DNA from: Candidatus Poseidoniaceae archaeon
GTDB taxonomy: Archaea; Thermoplasmatota; Poseidoniia; Poseidoniales; Poseidoniaceae
Reading direction: 5' to 3'
Assembly (NCBI GenBank): GCA_949372645.1
Contig: CASIAP010000009.1
Coordinates: forward strand, 65,107-129,106
Length of the DNA: 64,000 nucleotides
The notes below the pieces were generated by a model. It did not search any database, was not told the origin of the DNA, and was given only the letters and a program-made list of their open reading frames with translations. Shown piece after piece: positions 19,822-30,406 of this stretch (positions are counted from its first letter, which is position 1; each line of letters opens with the position of its first letter). A program made the position numbers and the translations under genes.

Positions 19822-22800
19822 TTACTTCCATTGATTGGTATCCCAATCGTTGCTTGGTGGGGGCACATACTGACTCAACTGAGAGAAATCTGGAGCTGCT
19901 GGTACATCAGCGTACATCGGAGGGGGAGCAAATAGCGGTGGTGCCTGCTTCGGACGTGCTTGTTGCTTTGGATTCGGGTGTTGACGGCGAGTGATGAAGA
20001 GGACAATGAAAAGCAAGGCTACGACACCTCCAAGCATCCAAACGAGGAAGTACGAGCCGAAATCCAATCCTTTTGAATTTTGATTGGTTTCCAAGGTCGC
20101 TTTTTCATCCGCTTCTTCGAGAACTGGCGGATGCCACACTGTATAGGTTACCAACCATTTTATCTCGATAGATCCAGTGTCATCCGAAATAACAACTTTG
20201 ATTTCATAGGGCTCCAATGTCCCATTAAAGGCACATAATTCCTGCGAAAAGGTGATGTTGGGCTGCTGACAATTGTGAGCCATTTCTCCAAAAGAAAGTC
20301 CTTGACCCAACAGTGTTTGATTTCTATACCAGAGGGTTGTGAGGTTAAGTCGTTGAATTGACAAAGGATCAAGTTCGAGTACCACGCCAAGTTCCAGAGA
20401 ATCATTTGTAGCATTGAGGGAAACATCTCCCATTAAAGGCCCAGGAGTAATCCAAATTGCTCGATCGATTCCTTCATCAATCGCTCCATCACAATTATCA
20501 TCTAAACCATTCCAATCTTCAAGTGCATTTGGTGAACGGGCAGAATCGTTGTCATCACAATCAAGGAACCAACGGAAACCGTCTTGATCGGCATCTGGAT
20601 CGATTACGAACGGGTTTGTGAACGTAGAAAGAACTTCAATTCCATCCCTTAATCCATCACCGTCAGTATCGTCATCGAACGGGTCTGTACCGATTTCAAG
20701 AAATTCAACTAAATCGAGTAATCCATCCGCATCCGCATCTGTTCCGTTAAATGTCTCATCAGCTTCCCCGTCACAATTGTTATCGATGCCATCTAAGAGT
20801 TCGAGAGCATCCGGGTAAATGCTTGAATTTGTATCGTTACAATCTTCAAACCAATAGAAACCATCCATGTCAGTGTCGTTATCTTTGACCAATGGATTGG
20901 TCAGAAGAATCAGTACTTCTCGTCCGTCGTCGAGGAAATCTCCATCTGTATCGGTTGCTGAAATATTAGTGCCGAAGATGTGGAATTCACCAAAGTCAGA
21001 GAGTCCATCGCCATCTGTATCGGTGGCATTGAACCCTTCATCCCATTGGCCATCGCAATTATCATCGATGCCGTTGAGCACCTCAAGTGCACCAGGGTAG
21101 ACCATTGCATTGGTGTCGTTACAATCTTGGAACCAGTAGAAAGCATCCCCGTCATCGTCTGGGTCAGGCACAAGTGGATTGGTGCCATACAGCAAGACTT
21201 CTTCTCCATCGAGTAACAAATCATCATCTGTATCATTGTCCAACGGGTCGGTTCCATTAACATTGATCTCGACTCCATCTGTTAAGCCATCACCATCAGT
21301 ATCTGCAACCAACGGATTGGTTCCATACACCAGCACTTCCGTACCGTCATTGATGGTATCGTCGTCTGTATCAATATCATTGGGGTCAGTACCATAGACA
21401 TCGGTTTCATTGGTATCAGAGAGATTATCACCATCAGAATCGAGATTTATTTGGGTGCCATAGATAATCAGTTCCCAATCATCGAACGAGCCAACATCAT
21501 TGTTTCCTTGGTCTTCGACGGTAAGTGTCCAGTCACCACGGCTGTCTTCATCCCAGTTGTGCACGGTTGAAAAGCGCCAGTTGCTGTAATCGGAATTCTC
21601 ATCATCGTGTTTTTCACTCAAAACACTCTCAGTTCCAGATGGACTTGTTAAGATAATTTCCAGATCACCGCGGAAGTCATGAGGAATATCTACGATGATG
21701 TCGACATTTTCGACCAAGATTGCATCGGGGACTGTAGTATTGCTTGAGATATAGTTCGGACTGTTGTCTGGAATATCTGTATCGACGGTGGTTGTACCTG
21801 AAGAGAAGGAGATTTCTTGTTCGACGGAAGTCCAACTTTCTGCCATTGAAACTGCGGCACCAGCGTCGATTACGCCATACCCGTACTTGTGACTCACCTC
21901 ATGGCCAGCACCATTGACTCCCCAAGAAGAATCGGAAGCATCGTTTTTGCGGGAGGTGAGGACGATGATGTGTTGAACATCCCGCCATGTCAGGTTTGCG
22001 TTTGCCTCGAGCATCAGAGCAATGACGCCAGAAACAAGAGGTGTTGCTGAAGAAGTCCCCCCAAAGGAATCCGTGTAATCGTTATTCGTGTAGCCACCAG
22101 AACCTTCGATGTCGGTTGTAGTGATGCTTTCACCATCACCATTTGAGGGCGAGGCAACGAGGATATTTGCTCCAGGTTCAGCGTAGTAGGACTGTCTGCC
22201 TTTGTGATCGACGGCAGTTACTGCAATGGTGTAACGAAGATTTGCATATCCGTCATAATTAGAATTATCATCATCATCTAATCCATTCCCAGCGGCCCAT
22301 GTGATGATGTTTCCAAGTCCATTCCTTCCAACTAATGCATCGTTTTGCATGGCCGCTAACATCAGTGGACCGGGCCCTTCAAGAGTTTCTCCATTATCGC
22401 TCGGGCCCCATGAATTGGAATAGATATCAATATCTTGACGTTCGTGCCCTAATGCCCCTCCTTCGCGGACATCAGTTGTACTGCATGAAATCAATTGCAG
22501 TCCAGCAAGGCCTGCCTTCGGAGCTGAACCACTGACACCAATGTTGTTGTCGCCAACGCCTGCCGCGACTCCGGCAGAGGCTGTACCATGAGCGTTGTTG
22601 GAGCTCGGGGAAGGATCGCCATCATCGCCACAGAAATCGTAGTCAAGCGTCGATTCGTAATAATTATCTAAATCAGGGTGCGTCCAGTCGAGTCCATCAT
22701 CCACGATTCCAATGACAATGCCCGTTCCTCTGTATGAATTCCAGGCGCCCGTGATGTTGACGTCTTCTCCACTTGTCCCTCCGGTTTGGCCAGTGTTCTG

Positions 22801-23229
22801 AAGGTGCCACTGGTCGGAGAATTTGGGGTCATTTGGAACCCAACGAGGCTGCATGTCGTTTTCGACTAAAGGATAAGCAACCTCGATTATACCGTTTTCT
22901 ATTTGTTGTGAAAACAGCCTTGAGGCTTCAAACGGATTGACATCAACAATCCATGCACCGGCCAGATCTTTTGCCGGCTCGCCAGCATACTCTGATGCAA
23001 TAACGACCCATTGGGTAGCGGATTCCAACTGTGTTTCTGAATAGATTGACAGGTCGCTTTTCTGGGCGAGGGCTGCTTGAATTATTGGAGAATACGAATC
23101 GACGATCGTCCCATCCCCCGCTTCTTCTATTCCAGTTTCGAGAGGTTCAGAGGACGGCGTGGTTAATGCGCTTGCCATTGGCGAGAGCAATGAGCATACC
23201 AGGACAAACAGTATGGCACAAGTGCGCAT
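19822..23229 (-). CDS. Membrane-anchored S8 protease of kexin/furin type with P-domain, DxDxDG Ca-binding repeats and three Cys-rich MopE-like motifs
   Basis: IVDDGL, HGTASAG, AAGNG, GTSSATP, TWRDVQH; P-domain HDFRGDLEIILTSPSGT...GDWTLTVED; three DC.D....P.A.E...G.D.NCDG motifs; signal peptide and C-terminal TM. Confidence 0.92.
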   Translation of the reverse strand: MRTCAILFVLVCSLLSPMASALTTPSSEPLETGIEEAGDGTIVDSYSPIIQAALAQKSDLSIYSETQLESATQWVVIASEYAGEPAKDLAGAWIVDVNPFEASRLFSQQIENGIIEVAYPLVENDMQPRWVPNDPKFSDQWHLQNTGQTGGTSGEDVNITGAWNSYRGTGIVIGIVDDGLDWTHPDLDNYYESTLDYDFCGDDGDPSPSSNNAHGTASAGVAAGVGDNNIGVSGSAPKAGLAGLQLISCSTTDVREGGALGHERQDIDIYSNSWGPSDNGETLEGPGPLMLAAMQNDALVGRNGLGNIITWAAGNGLDDDDNSNYDGYANLRYTIAVTAVDHKGRQSYYAEPGANILVASPSNGDGESITTTDIEGSGGYTNNDYTDSFGGTSSATPLVSGVIALMLEANANLTWRDVQHIIVLTSRKNDASDSSWGVNGAGHEVSHKYGYGVIDAGAAVSMAESWTSVEQEISFSSGTTTVDTDIPDNSPNYISSNTTVPDAILVENVDIIVDIPHDFRGDLEIILTSPSGTESVLSEKHDDENSDYSNWRFSTVHNWDEDSRGDWTLTVEDQGNNDVGSFDDWELIIYGTQINLDSDGDNLSDTNETDVYGTDPNDIDTDDDTINDGTEVLVYGTNPLVADTDGDGLTDGVEINVNGTDPLDNDTDDDLLLDGEEVLLYGTNPLVPDPDDDGDAFYWFQDCNDTNAMVYPGALEVLNGIDDNCDGQWDEGFNATDTDGDGLSDFGEFHIFGTNISATDTDGDFLDDGREVLILLTNPLVKDNDTDMDGFYWFEDCNDTNSSIYPDALELLDGIDNNCDGEADETFNGTDADADGLLDLVEFLEIGTDPFDDDTDGDGLRDGIEVLSTFTNPFVIDPDADQDGFRWFLDCDDNDSARSPNALEDWNGLDDNCDGAIDEGIDRAIWITPGPLMGDVSLNATNDSLELGVVLELDPLSIQRLNLTTLWYRNQTLLGQGLSFGEMAHNCQQPNITFSQELCAFNGTLEPYEIKVVISDDTGSIEIKWLVTYTVWHPPVLEEADEKATLETNQNSKGLDFGSYFLVWMLGGVVALLFIVLFITRRQHPNPKQQARPKQAPPLFAPPPMYADVPAAPDFSQLSQYVPPPSNDWDTNQWK

Positions 23230-23260
23230 ACCTTCTTGTCGTCCTTGGTCCATATTAGCA

Positions 23261-23963
23261 CTACCTGTCTTCTGTTAGTAATTGGCCAGATAAACGAAGG
23301 GCAAGTGCTTGGAGAGTTTCCTCACTGCTTTTCAACGACCGAATATACCGTGGAATGGTATGTCTCGATTGAGCGAGGTCATCAAGGGAGCCTACCCATT
23401 CAAGTGATTGTGTCGGGCGAGATAATGAAGCAGTAGTGGAAGAATGAACACTCCATACTGAACACCCATCGCCATCTTCTGACGCAGTTTGCAAGCACCA
23501 TTGTTGCGGTAATGGAGATGATTTACACTTCAGAGAATGCCTTTCTGCAAATCGAACAAGGCAATCGTGTTCAATGAACGGTACCCCCCATTTCTTCGAG
23601 TGCTTGTCGAGATTGCTCGTCTTCTGCACCCAATTGAAACCACACCAGTGGAAAGTCTTCTTTTGGGAACCGAATGATGAGATTGCGAACAACAGCTCGG
23701 GCGCGTTGTGGGGCAAGGAACAAAACGACAACTTCAGGAATGATACCGTCATCTATGTTGGGGCGAATTGGGAATCCTTCAATGGTTGCACCCCCGTCAC
23801 GTGGGTGAATGGGAGCGACTGCCCACCCGCGCTCCTTCAACTCTGAAACAGCAGAATGAGCAGGGCGCTCTGTATTCAGGCCGGCGCCATAAATGTGAAT
23901 CACATGAGCCGAGGATAAGACCGACTTGAGCGAAACAATATCATCTTCATTTCGTGAATCCAT
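23261..23963 (-). CDS. CoA-binding-domain (YccU-like) protein with C-terminal extension; frameshifted in this sequence
   Basis: ORF 23571..23963 (GAG..TERPAH, PIHP, VWFQLG) joins ORF 23261..23752 (VPFIEHDCL) if one base is removed from the 6-C run at 23584-23589, giving about 233 aa. Confidence 0.75.
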
Positions 23964-24064
23964 GATTGTAAATTTTCGGTTCCACTTATCAAAACTTGTA
24001 CAGGCACTCCCTCAGTGACAAACGCATCTGCATGTTTCAAGACACCAAACCCCCAGCCCGTACC

Positions 24065-25006
24065 ATGGCAGCCTCAAAGCGACCTCCACATGACCGAGGT
24101 CATGAGTTATGGACGGCAGAAGAAGGCCCCTCGCGCTTGCTTTTAGCAAGCATTGACCGATGGGTGAGTGCTTTGCTTGCAGACGATGGGATAAGTATGC
24201 CTTTCATGGGTGGTTCATCGAAAGTCACCGCAACAATTTCTGCGCGTGCAGATGGAATCATCGTTGGTACGGCTGCAGTCGACCATATGTTGCAGATTTG
24301 GGCCCCCTCTTTGAAGATTTCTTGGATGGCGAGCGATGGTAAGAAAGTGTCTCAGGAAGATGAAGTCGCAGTCCTTTCAGGAGATCGTGAAACCCTTCTG
24401 GCCATGGAACGCAGCATCCTCAATATCTTAGGGCAACTTTCTGGAATTGCAACAGAAGCAAAGCGTTGGTCTGCACGTGCTCCAGGCCAAATTGCTTGCA
24501 CGCGAAAAACAGTATGGGGCCTCTTAGACAAATGGGCAGTCCATCTTGGCGGTGGTTTGACTCACCGCTTACATCGTGACGATGCTATGATGCTGAAAGA
24601 AAATGATCTCGCCTCCATGCACCAAGAATTGGACACACATGCAAGCCGTATTGTTGCCTATTTGCAAGAAGTTTCAGGAGATGATTGCGGTGCATTCTTA
24701 GAAATTGAAGTTCGAGAGGACAAAGAAGCCATCATGGCTGCTGCTGCTTGGGCTCAACGAGAAGGAGCCTCCCTCCCTCGACTTGTCATCATGTTGGACA
24801 ATTTCGGTCCTGAACGCAGCCGCGAGATTGTCGCCCAGTTAGTTGAGATGAATTTGAGAGACCATATTTGGCTTGAAGCGAGTGGCGGGATTGTGTATGA
24901 CCAACTTGACCAGTGGCATGAAAGCGGAATGGATGTACTTTCGACAAGTGCAGTGAATCGAGGCGTTTCACCACTTGATCTTTCGATGATTGTCGATGAT
25001 GCTTGA
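24065..25006 (+). CDS. nadC: Quinolinate phosphoribosyltransferase
   Basis: ERSILNIL..LSGIAT, CTRKT, GGLTHR, MLKEN, EIEV, IMLDNF, EASGGI; TTCAAGA box at -29. Confidence 0.9.
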   Translation: MAASKRPPHDRGHELWTAEEGPSRLLLASIDRWVSALLADDGISMPFMGGSSKVTATISARADGIIVGTAAVDHMLQIWAPSLKISWMASDGKKVSQEDEVAVLSGDRETLLAMERSILNILGQLSGIATEAKRWSARAPGQIACTRKTVWGLLDKWAVHLGGGLTHRLHRDDAMMLKENDLASMHQELDTHASRIVAYLQEVSGDDCGAFLEIEVREDKEAIMAAAAWAQREGASLPRLVIMLDNFGPERSREIVAQLVEMNLRDHIWLEASGGIVYDQLDQWHESGMDVLSTSAVNRGVSPLDLSMIVDDA

Positions 25007-25015
25007 GGGGATGCT

Positions 25016-25768
25016 ATGAGCAAAATCGCTGCAGACCCGAGCCACCCGCGGTATCAATCATTATTGATGCGACATCGACTCGAAGAGGCTGAGAAGAAAG
25101 GAATGCTCGCTGGAAGTGCATTGATTGCACACGGTAGAGGCGAGGCTTTCGATTATTTGCTCGGTGAACAAACGATTCCCAGCGCTTTGATAGCGACACA
25201 ACAGGCCCTTGCTCTTTTGTCTTCAGCCAATCATCCAGTCATCAGCCTCAATGGTAATGTCGTGGCTCTTGCCGGTAAGGAGGTCCTCCACCTTGCGCAC
25301 CAACTCAAGTGTCCCGTTGAAATCAATATATTTTATCGAACTCCAGAACGAATGGAGGCATTGCTCGGCCATCTTAATGAAATTAAACTCCGAGAAGAAT
25401 TGGATGTCGAGATTCTTGGAGCAGAACCTGATGCCCGAATTCCAGGTCTCGAAGGGCCACGTGCTAATTGTTCAAAGCGAGGTATTTTCGATTCGGATGT
25501 AATTCTCGTACCGCTCGAAGATGGCGACCGCTGCGAGGCTTTAGTGGCGATGGGGAAAACCGTTCTCGTCATTGATTTGAATCCTCTTTCCCGCACTGCT
25601 CGAATGGCTTCAGTTACTATTGTAGACGAGTTATCAAGAGTTATTACAAACATGAATAAAATGCTTCTCTCAGATAAGGTAGCTCAACCGGGCGACAATT
25701 ATCAAAATGCTCAATGTATCCAAGAGGCGCTTACCCACATCGCAACTTTTCTTTCTTCGGAAGGGTAA
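25016..25768 (+). CDS. Archaeal 4-phosphopantoate--beta-alanine ligase (phosphopantothenate synthetase)
   Basis: SHPRYQSL, IAHGRGEAFDYLLGE, VPLEDGDR, IDLNPLSRT signatures. Confidence 0.93.
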   Translation: MSKIAADPSHPRYQSLLMRHRLEEAEKKGMLAGSALIAHGRGEAFDYLLGEQTIPSALIATQQALALLSSANHPVISLNGNVVALAGKEVLHLAHQLKCPVEINIFYRTPERMEALLGHLNEIKLREELDVEILGAEPDARIPGLEGPRANCSKRGIFDSDVILVPLEDGDRCEALVAMGKTVLVIDLNPLSRTARMASVTIVDELSRVITNMNKMLLSDKVAQPGDNYQNAQCIQEALTHIATFLSSEG

Positions 25769-25844
25769 TTCAGGCCTTTAAATTTCATTTGAAAGATATT
25801 GCCGGCAAACTCTTTTTATCCAAGAACGATGATTATCCATCGAA

Positions 25845-26465
25845 ATGAGCGAAATTCCAACTCCTAATCTTAAAAAAAACAAATTTGGGGCATCCGTTTC
25901 GTTTGATCTTGAAAAACCACCAGAGCCGAAACGACGAGAAAAGAAAGATTCAGAAGAAGAACATATCGAACTTCCTCTCGAAGTACGCTCCAACGCTACA
26001 GAGGCCGGTTGCCCGGGGTGCGGTCAAGATATTTCTGAAGATGAATGGGTTGAAGCATTGGTAGGTTTTGTTTCAGGGGTTCGAGATTTTGAAATCGGTA
26101 ATTCTGTTCGTTCGCGAATAGTACAAACATTGAGGAATACGGTGACAAATATGGACACTCCGCATCCCCGGGATGTATGGGAATTAAGTGTTGTTGCACG
26201 GCTTATGGACGAAATTGAGCGAATTGTCCAGGCAGAAATCCTTCGAAATTCAAACGAAGAATCCGAGCCAAATTTTTCTGCAACTGAAGTTCAAGAAATG
26301 ATTCAATCTACGGAACTCCAAACTCGAAATTCAATGGCAGTCGAAATATGGGAGGACGTAGTCGTTCAGGTCCAAACCGCATTAGAGCCTGAATTACGCA
26401 AGCAAATAGAGCAAGAATTGTGGAGTGAATTTGAAGCGGAACTCCGTCGACGTCAAGAGATTTAG
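25845..26465 (+). CDS. Hypothetical acidic helical protein with one CxxC
   Basis: 206-aa ORF, CPGCG, Glu-rich C-terminus. Confidence 0.65.
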   Translation: MSEIPTPNLKKNKFGASVSFDLEKPPEPKRREKKDSEEEHIELPLEVRSNATEAGCPGCGQDISEDEWVEALVGFVSGVRDFEIGNSVRSRIVQTLRNTVTNMDTPHPRDVWELSVVARLMDEIERIVQAEILRNSNEESEPNFSATEVQEMIQSTELQTRNSMAVEIWEDVVVQVQTALEPELRKQIEQELWSEFEAELRRRQEI

Positions 26466-27646
26466 AACGTGTCTTGTAATTTCGTTGCAAGCCGAGCAGC
26501 AATACTTTCCCCGACACTTGAACATGAAGCATCGCCGCCCAAGTCATAGGTGAGTCCCTTCCCATCTCGCAAATGGTCTGCAACACTTTGATCGATAAGA
26601 CTGCCAATTTCCGTCAACTCATCATCATTGTTCTTCCGACCGAGCCAATTCATCATCAATTGAATTGAATTGATACTCGCAATTGGATTGACTTTATTCA
26701 TGCCAGCATATTTTGGAGCCGAGCCATGAACTGGTTCAAAGAATGCATTCTTGTCGCCAATATTTCCAGATGCTGCCATGCCCATTCCTCCTTGGAGGAC
26801 AGCACCCAAATCTGTTGCAATATCGCCAAACATGTTTGAAGTCACCACTACATCATAACTTTCTGGGCTTCGAGTGAGCCATTGCGTAAAAGCGTCAATG
26901 TATCCGTAATCGAGTTCAGTACCTGGGTAATCAGTAGCCACTTTGTCAAATGTTCGGCGGAACAACTGACATCCACGAGTTACATTGGATTTGTCGATGC
27001 ATGAAACGCGCTTTTGACCATCGATCGGAGCGCCATTACGAGTTTCTGCAATTTCAAAACCCATTCGAATAAGACGTTCACTGCCATGTTCAGAGATTGG
27101 GCGAGGATCGTAAGCAACTTCGCCTTTCAGACCAGGGAATGTCATTTCTGGAGGTTCGTAGGGCGGGCGACCCATTGCGCGGTCGGCACTGCGTCGAAGA
27201 AGAGAATGATACAACCCTTCTGTGTTCTCTCGTAGGATAGTCATATCCACCATTCCAGGTTGCCAAATCTGAGTGAATTTACCATGAACTTTGTGCGGGA
27301 CTCCTTCATAGAGTTTAATCGGACGAAGATTTGCATACAGATCTAGACCACTGCGCAGTCCTAGAATCACAGAGCCACCAGCAAGGTCGCCGTTTGGGAG
27401 GAATGCACCGGGATGTCCAATTGCTCCAAGATACAAAGCATCAGCTTCTTCTCGGCAAAAATCAAATGAACCTTCAGCCCATTCTTCTCCAGTTTCGACA
27501 TAATGCTGTCCACCGCATTGAATGACAGTTTGCTCAAACCCTTGGTTTGTATGCTGTTCGATGGTGTCGAGTATCCGTTGTGCTTCAATCGCAACTTCTC
27601 GACCAGTTCCATCGCCCGGTAATATGCCAATGCGATAGTCTGCCAT
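26462..27646 (-). CDS. Isocitrate/isopropylmalate/tartrate dehydrogenase family protein
   Basis: LPGDGTGREV, LYANLRP, RENTEGLY, DKSNV, NMFGDIATD, FEPVHGSAP; TTCATGT box at -30. Confidence 0.92.
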   Translation of the reverse strand: MADYRIGILPGDGTGREVAIEAQRILDTIEQHTNQGFEQTVIQCGGQHYVETGEEWAEGSFDFCREEADALYLGAIGHPGAFLPNGDLAGGSVILGLRSGLDLYANLRPIKLYEGVPHKVHGKFTQIWQPGMVDMTILRENTEGLYHSLLRRSADRAMGRPPYEPPEMTFPGLKGEVAYDPRPISEHGSERLIRMGFEIAETRNGAPIDGQKRVSCIDKSNVTRGCQLFRRTFDKVATDYPGTELDYGYIDAFTQWLTRSPESYDVVVTSNMFGDIATDLGAVLQGGMGMAASGNIGDKNAFFEPVHGSAPKYAGMNKVNPIASINSIQLMMNWLGRKNNDDELTEIGSLIDQSVADHLRDGKGLTYDLGGDASCSSVGESIAARLATKLQDTF

Positions 27647-27871
27647 GTTTTTTCGCAAGAGCAACCCCTACATGAACGCGCCCCCTTTTACCAAAGGGGC
27701 TCGCATTTCATCATCTTTTGATTTCAGGCCGTTGGCAATGGCATGAGGTTTGTAGCCAGTGGAGCCGTACTTTACCACGCGTAGGAGAGGCGCGTTTCGA
27801 TTCTGCAATGGAACCCAAGGTCCCTTTCAAACGAGAGGTTTCATAGGCCGTCATTGAGGAGAGTAGCTAAC

Positions 27872-28519
27872 ATGAGCGACAAGCAGCACAAGGTTTCCGA
27901 GGAGCAAATTGCGGTCGAACACATGCCCGAAGAAGTTCAACGATTGGTTGAAGTCATGAGTGGCGTCAATCCAGAATGGAGTCTCGGGAAATGGTTAGCA
28001 GAACAAGCGGACATGGCTCTTGAACTCATTACAATCGACCTTACTCGTGAAAGAATGGCTATTGAACAAAGGTTACACAGGCTTGAAGCGATTGGTCGAC
28101 GACTCAATGTACTTGACAATCAAGACACAGATCCTTTTCAGCGGAATATATTCGATTGTTTTGACCTTGAAGTTGACCCGAGTTTGAATGGGCTTGGGAA
28201 ACGAACTGCAGACAGTGAAGACAGCATTGACTTTTCAACAAAGGCCGAGGTCGTCATGCATCCTGCGAACAATTTCATCGAATTACTGCCTGATGAAGAA
28301 AGTGACGACCCTCTTCTCGCTGTAGTTTGCCAAATGTTACTCATTCATGTTGAAACTGAAATGTCACAAGGGCAACCCTGCGCAACGCTTGAAACTATAT
28401 TCAAACACTTGAATTCAAGCGGAATTAGCCCAGAAGAAATTGATGAGGCGCTGGATCATTTACTCATGAACGGCACGTTAGTTGAAATCGATGACGACTG
28501 TTTTGTTCCAATGAATTGA
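27872..28519 (+). CDS. Hypothetical protein, possible C-terminal winged-helix
   Basis: C-term GISPEEIDEALDHLLMNGTLVEIDDDCF resembles terminal wHTH domains. Confidence 0.6.
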   Translation: MSDKQHKVSEEQIAVEHMPEEVQRLVEVMSGVNPEWSLGKWLAEQADMALELITIDLTRERMAIEQRLHRLEAIGRRLNVLDNQDTDPFQRNIFDCFDLEVDPSLNGLGKRTADSEDSIDFSTKAEVVMHPANNFIELLPDEESDDPLLAVVCQMLLIHVETEMSQGQPCATLETIFKHLNSSGISPEEIDEALDHLLMNGTLVEIDDDCFVPMN

Positions 28520-28558
28520 TTCCGACATATTGACACGAAAGCACTTCTTCGCCGATTC

Positions 28559-28873
28559 ATGGCCAGTAAAAAGGAAGGCGCTAAGCGACTTCTTGACACT
28601 TTAGATTCGAAAGGAAAGTTGTCGAATCGACTTCGATTTGCGATTAGCCAGGCAGTAATCTTGAGCTTTTTCATCGGTTACTTCACCGAGCAATGGCGTT
28701 TTGGTTTAGCTGCCTTACTTCTGTTTGGTTTATTGATTCAGTTTTCGTTTGAAAGAATGAAAAACAGCATTGAAGCAAGCCGGATTCAAGCAATATCGGA
28801 TCTCGGTTGGAAAGAAACCTCTCTTTCAGATGAAGAGTGCAAAACGCGGCTGATGAAGATTCTCAACGGGTGA
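28559..28873 (+). CDS. Small two-TM membrane protein
   Basis: 104 aa, two hydrophobic helices; TTGACAC box at -29. Confidence 0.65.
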   Translation: MASKKEGAKRLLDTLDSKGKLSNRLRFAISQAVILSFFIGYFTEQWRFGLAALLLFGLLIQFSFERMKNSIEASRIQAISDLGWKETSLSDEECKTRLMKILNG

Positions 28874-29580
28874 TGACTCCGATGCAAAACCCAGGCGCTT
28901 ACTTTCTTCAACACTATCGTTTTGAAAACAAGAGGAAAAAACAACAACGTTTCCGTCTTCAATCGCTTACTCTTTTACTCCTTCTTTTGGGGGTGGGAGG
29001 ATGGTTCTCCGAACCGATTTCACTCAGCATGATATTCGTATTCGAAGGTTTAGCATTTGGATTCGTAATTCTTCTCGCCGTTTCAGGAAAAAGAAAGGCC
29101 ATTGAGCGCCAAGAAGCACTCTTCATGTTGCTTGAAGTTGACCCGGCCATACTTGAACAATCAAACCGAATGGAACTCGCTTTCCAAGCAGTACAATCTG
29201 GTGGCTTAGAATCGATTCAAGTTTCGAAAACCCAACGGCGTAACCGTGGTTCCGATGAGAAAGGGTTCACTTCGGGGCGAAACGAATCCAAGTTGGACGC
29301 CTCACAACCTCGTAGAGATTCCTCCCTTTCTGAACCATCCTATCAAGGATTAGAAGATGATTTACGCCCATCAGAACTCTTGGTCAATGAAGCCAATACT
29401 CGATACGGTGAAAGAGCACAAGAGCGATGGCAAGAGGCTGAATCCAAGGATACAGATCTCATCGAAGCAGGTGTTGAACGGTTGGGGGATTTGGTCAAAA
29501 CCGATTGGTTTGAGAAAAATGCAAAGGATGGCGCAGTCCAAGATTTAATCGATTCTAAAAACTCAGAAGAAGAATATTGA
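28873..29580 (+). CDS. Two-TM membrane protein with charged C-terminal region
   Basis: TGATG overlap with upstream gene; two hydrophobic helices. Confidence 0.65.
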   Translation: MTPMQNPGAYFLQHYRFENKRKKQQRFRLQSLTLLLLLLGVGGWFSEPISLSMIFVFEGLAFGFVILLAVSGKRKAIERQEALFMLLEVDPAILEQSNRMELAFQAVQSGGLESIQVSKTQRRNRGSDEKGFTSGRNESKLDASQPRRDSSLSEPSYQGLEDDLRPSELLVNEANTRYGERAQERWQEAESKDTDLIEAGVERLGDLVKTDWFEKNAKDGAVQDLIDSKNSEEEY

Positions 29581-29616
29581 GGCAACCCCAATAACTACGA
29601 CCACCTCGGATGAGGT

Positions 29617-30372
29617 ATGGTGATGAATGCCATCTTGGTTGCTGGGGGGCGTGGAAGCCGTTTGTACCCATTTACTCGGTATACTCAAAAGACTCTCTTG
29701 CCATTATACAATCGACCAGTTCTTGATTTTGCACTCGGGACAATACGTCGTGCAGGCATTAAGAATATCACGATCATATCGAATGAATTCATTGGACAAA
29801 TCGCACGCCATATTGGCTCAGGTCTAGAAGGTGAGAAAATTCACTACGTACTCGAGGAAGAACCACTTGGAGTTGCCCATGCACTGAATTTAGCACGCCC
29901 GTACAATCAGAATTGTCGAGTATTGGTATATTTTTCAGATAATATCACCACGCTGGAACTGTCAGACGAAGTAGCCCGATTTAACAATGAAACAGAGAGC
30001 CCAGGGTGCGTATTAGTCGCCCGGGAAGAATCAAATCCGGAAGCATTTGGCGTAGCTGTATTGGATGAAAACGGAAACGTCACTGACATTGTTGAGAAAC
30101 CAGAAAATCCTCCTTCGAACCTTGCGATTGGAGGAATCTATCTGTTTGATGAACACTTTTGGGATTACTTAGACCTAGCAGTCTCCAGAAAGGGTGACTC
30201 TTTTTCCATTTCTGATATTACCCGGCAGTATGTCCAACTCGATAAAGCAAAACTATTGTCAATTGGTGAAGAAACATGGGTTGATTGCGGTACGCCCGAA
30301 TCACTCCTCTATGCATCACAAATGGCACAAGATGGGAAATTAAACCCCGAACCATTCCCAAGAGATCGATAG
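29617..30372 (+). CDS. Sugar-1-phosphate nucleotidyltransferase (glucose-1-phosphate thymidylyltransferase-like)
   Basis: AGGRGSRLYP, KTLLPLY, EEPLGVAHA, FGVA, IVEKP, WVDCGT. Confidence 0.88.
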   Translation: MVMNAILVAGGRGSRLYPFTRYTQKTLLPLYNRPVLDFALGTIRRAGIKNITIISNEFIGQIARHIGSGLEGEKIHYVLEEEPLGVAHALNLARPYNQNCRVLVYFSDNITTLELSDEVARFNNETESPGCVLVAREESNPEAFGVAVLDENGNVTDIVEKPENPPSNLAIGGIYLFDEHFWDYLDLAVSRKGDSFSISDITRQYVQLDKAKLLSIGEETWVDCGTPESLLYASQMAQDGKLNPEPFPRDR

Positions 30373-30406
30373 TAAAAACAATACCTATGGGCGCGACCCT
30401 TGAGAC

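Noticed and set aside
20480..21440. Repetitive DNA suggesting a CRISPR array or nucleotide repeat
   Set aside because: Repeats are degenerate at DNA level and explained by protein DxDxDG and Cys motifs in the protease; no constant repeat-spacer pattern and no cas genes.
23571..23600. Programmed frameshift or phase variation at the 6-C run
   Set aside because: The run is short and similar single-base insertions occur elsewhere in conserved genes; sequencing error is simpler.
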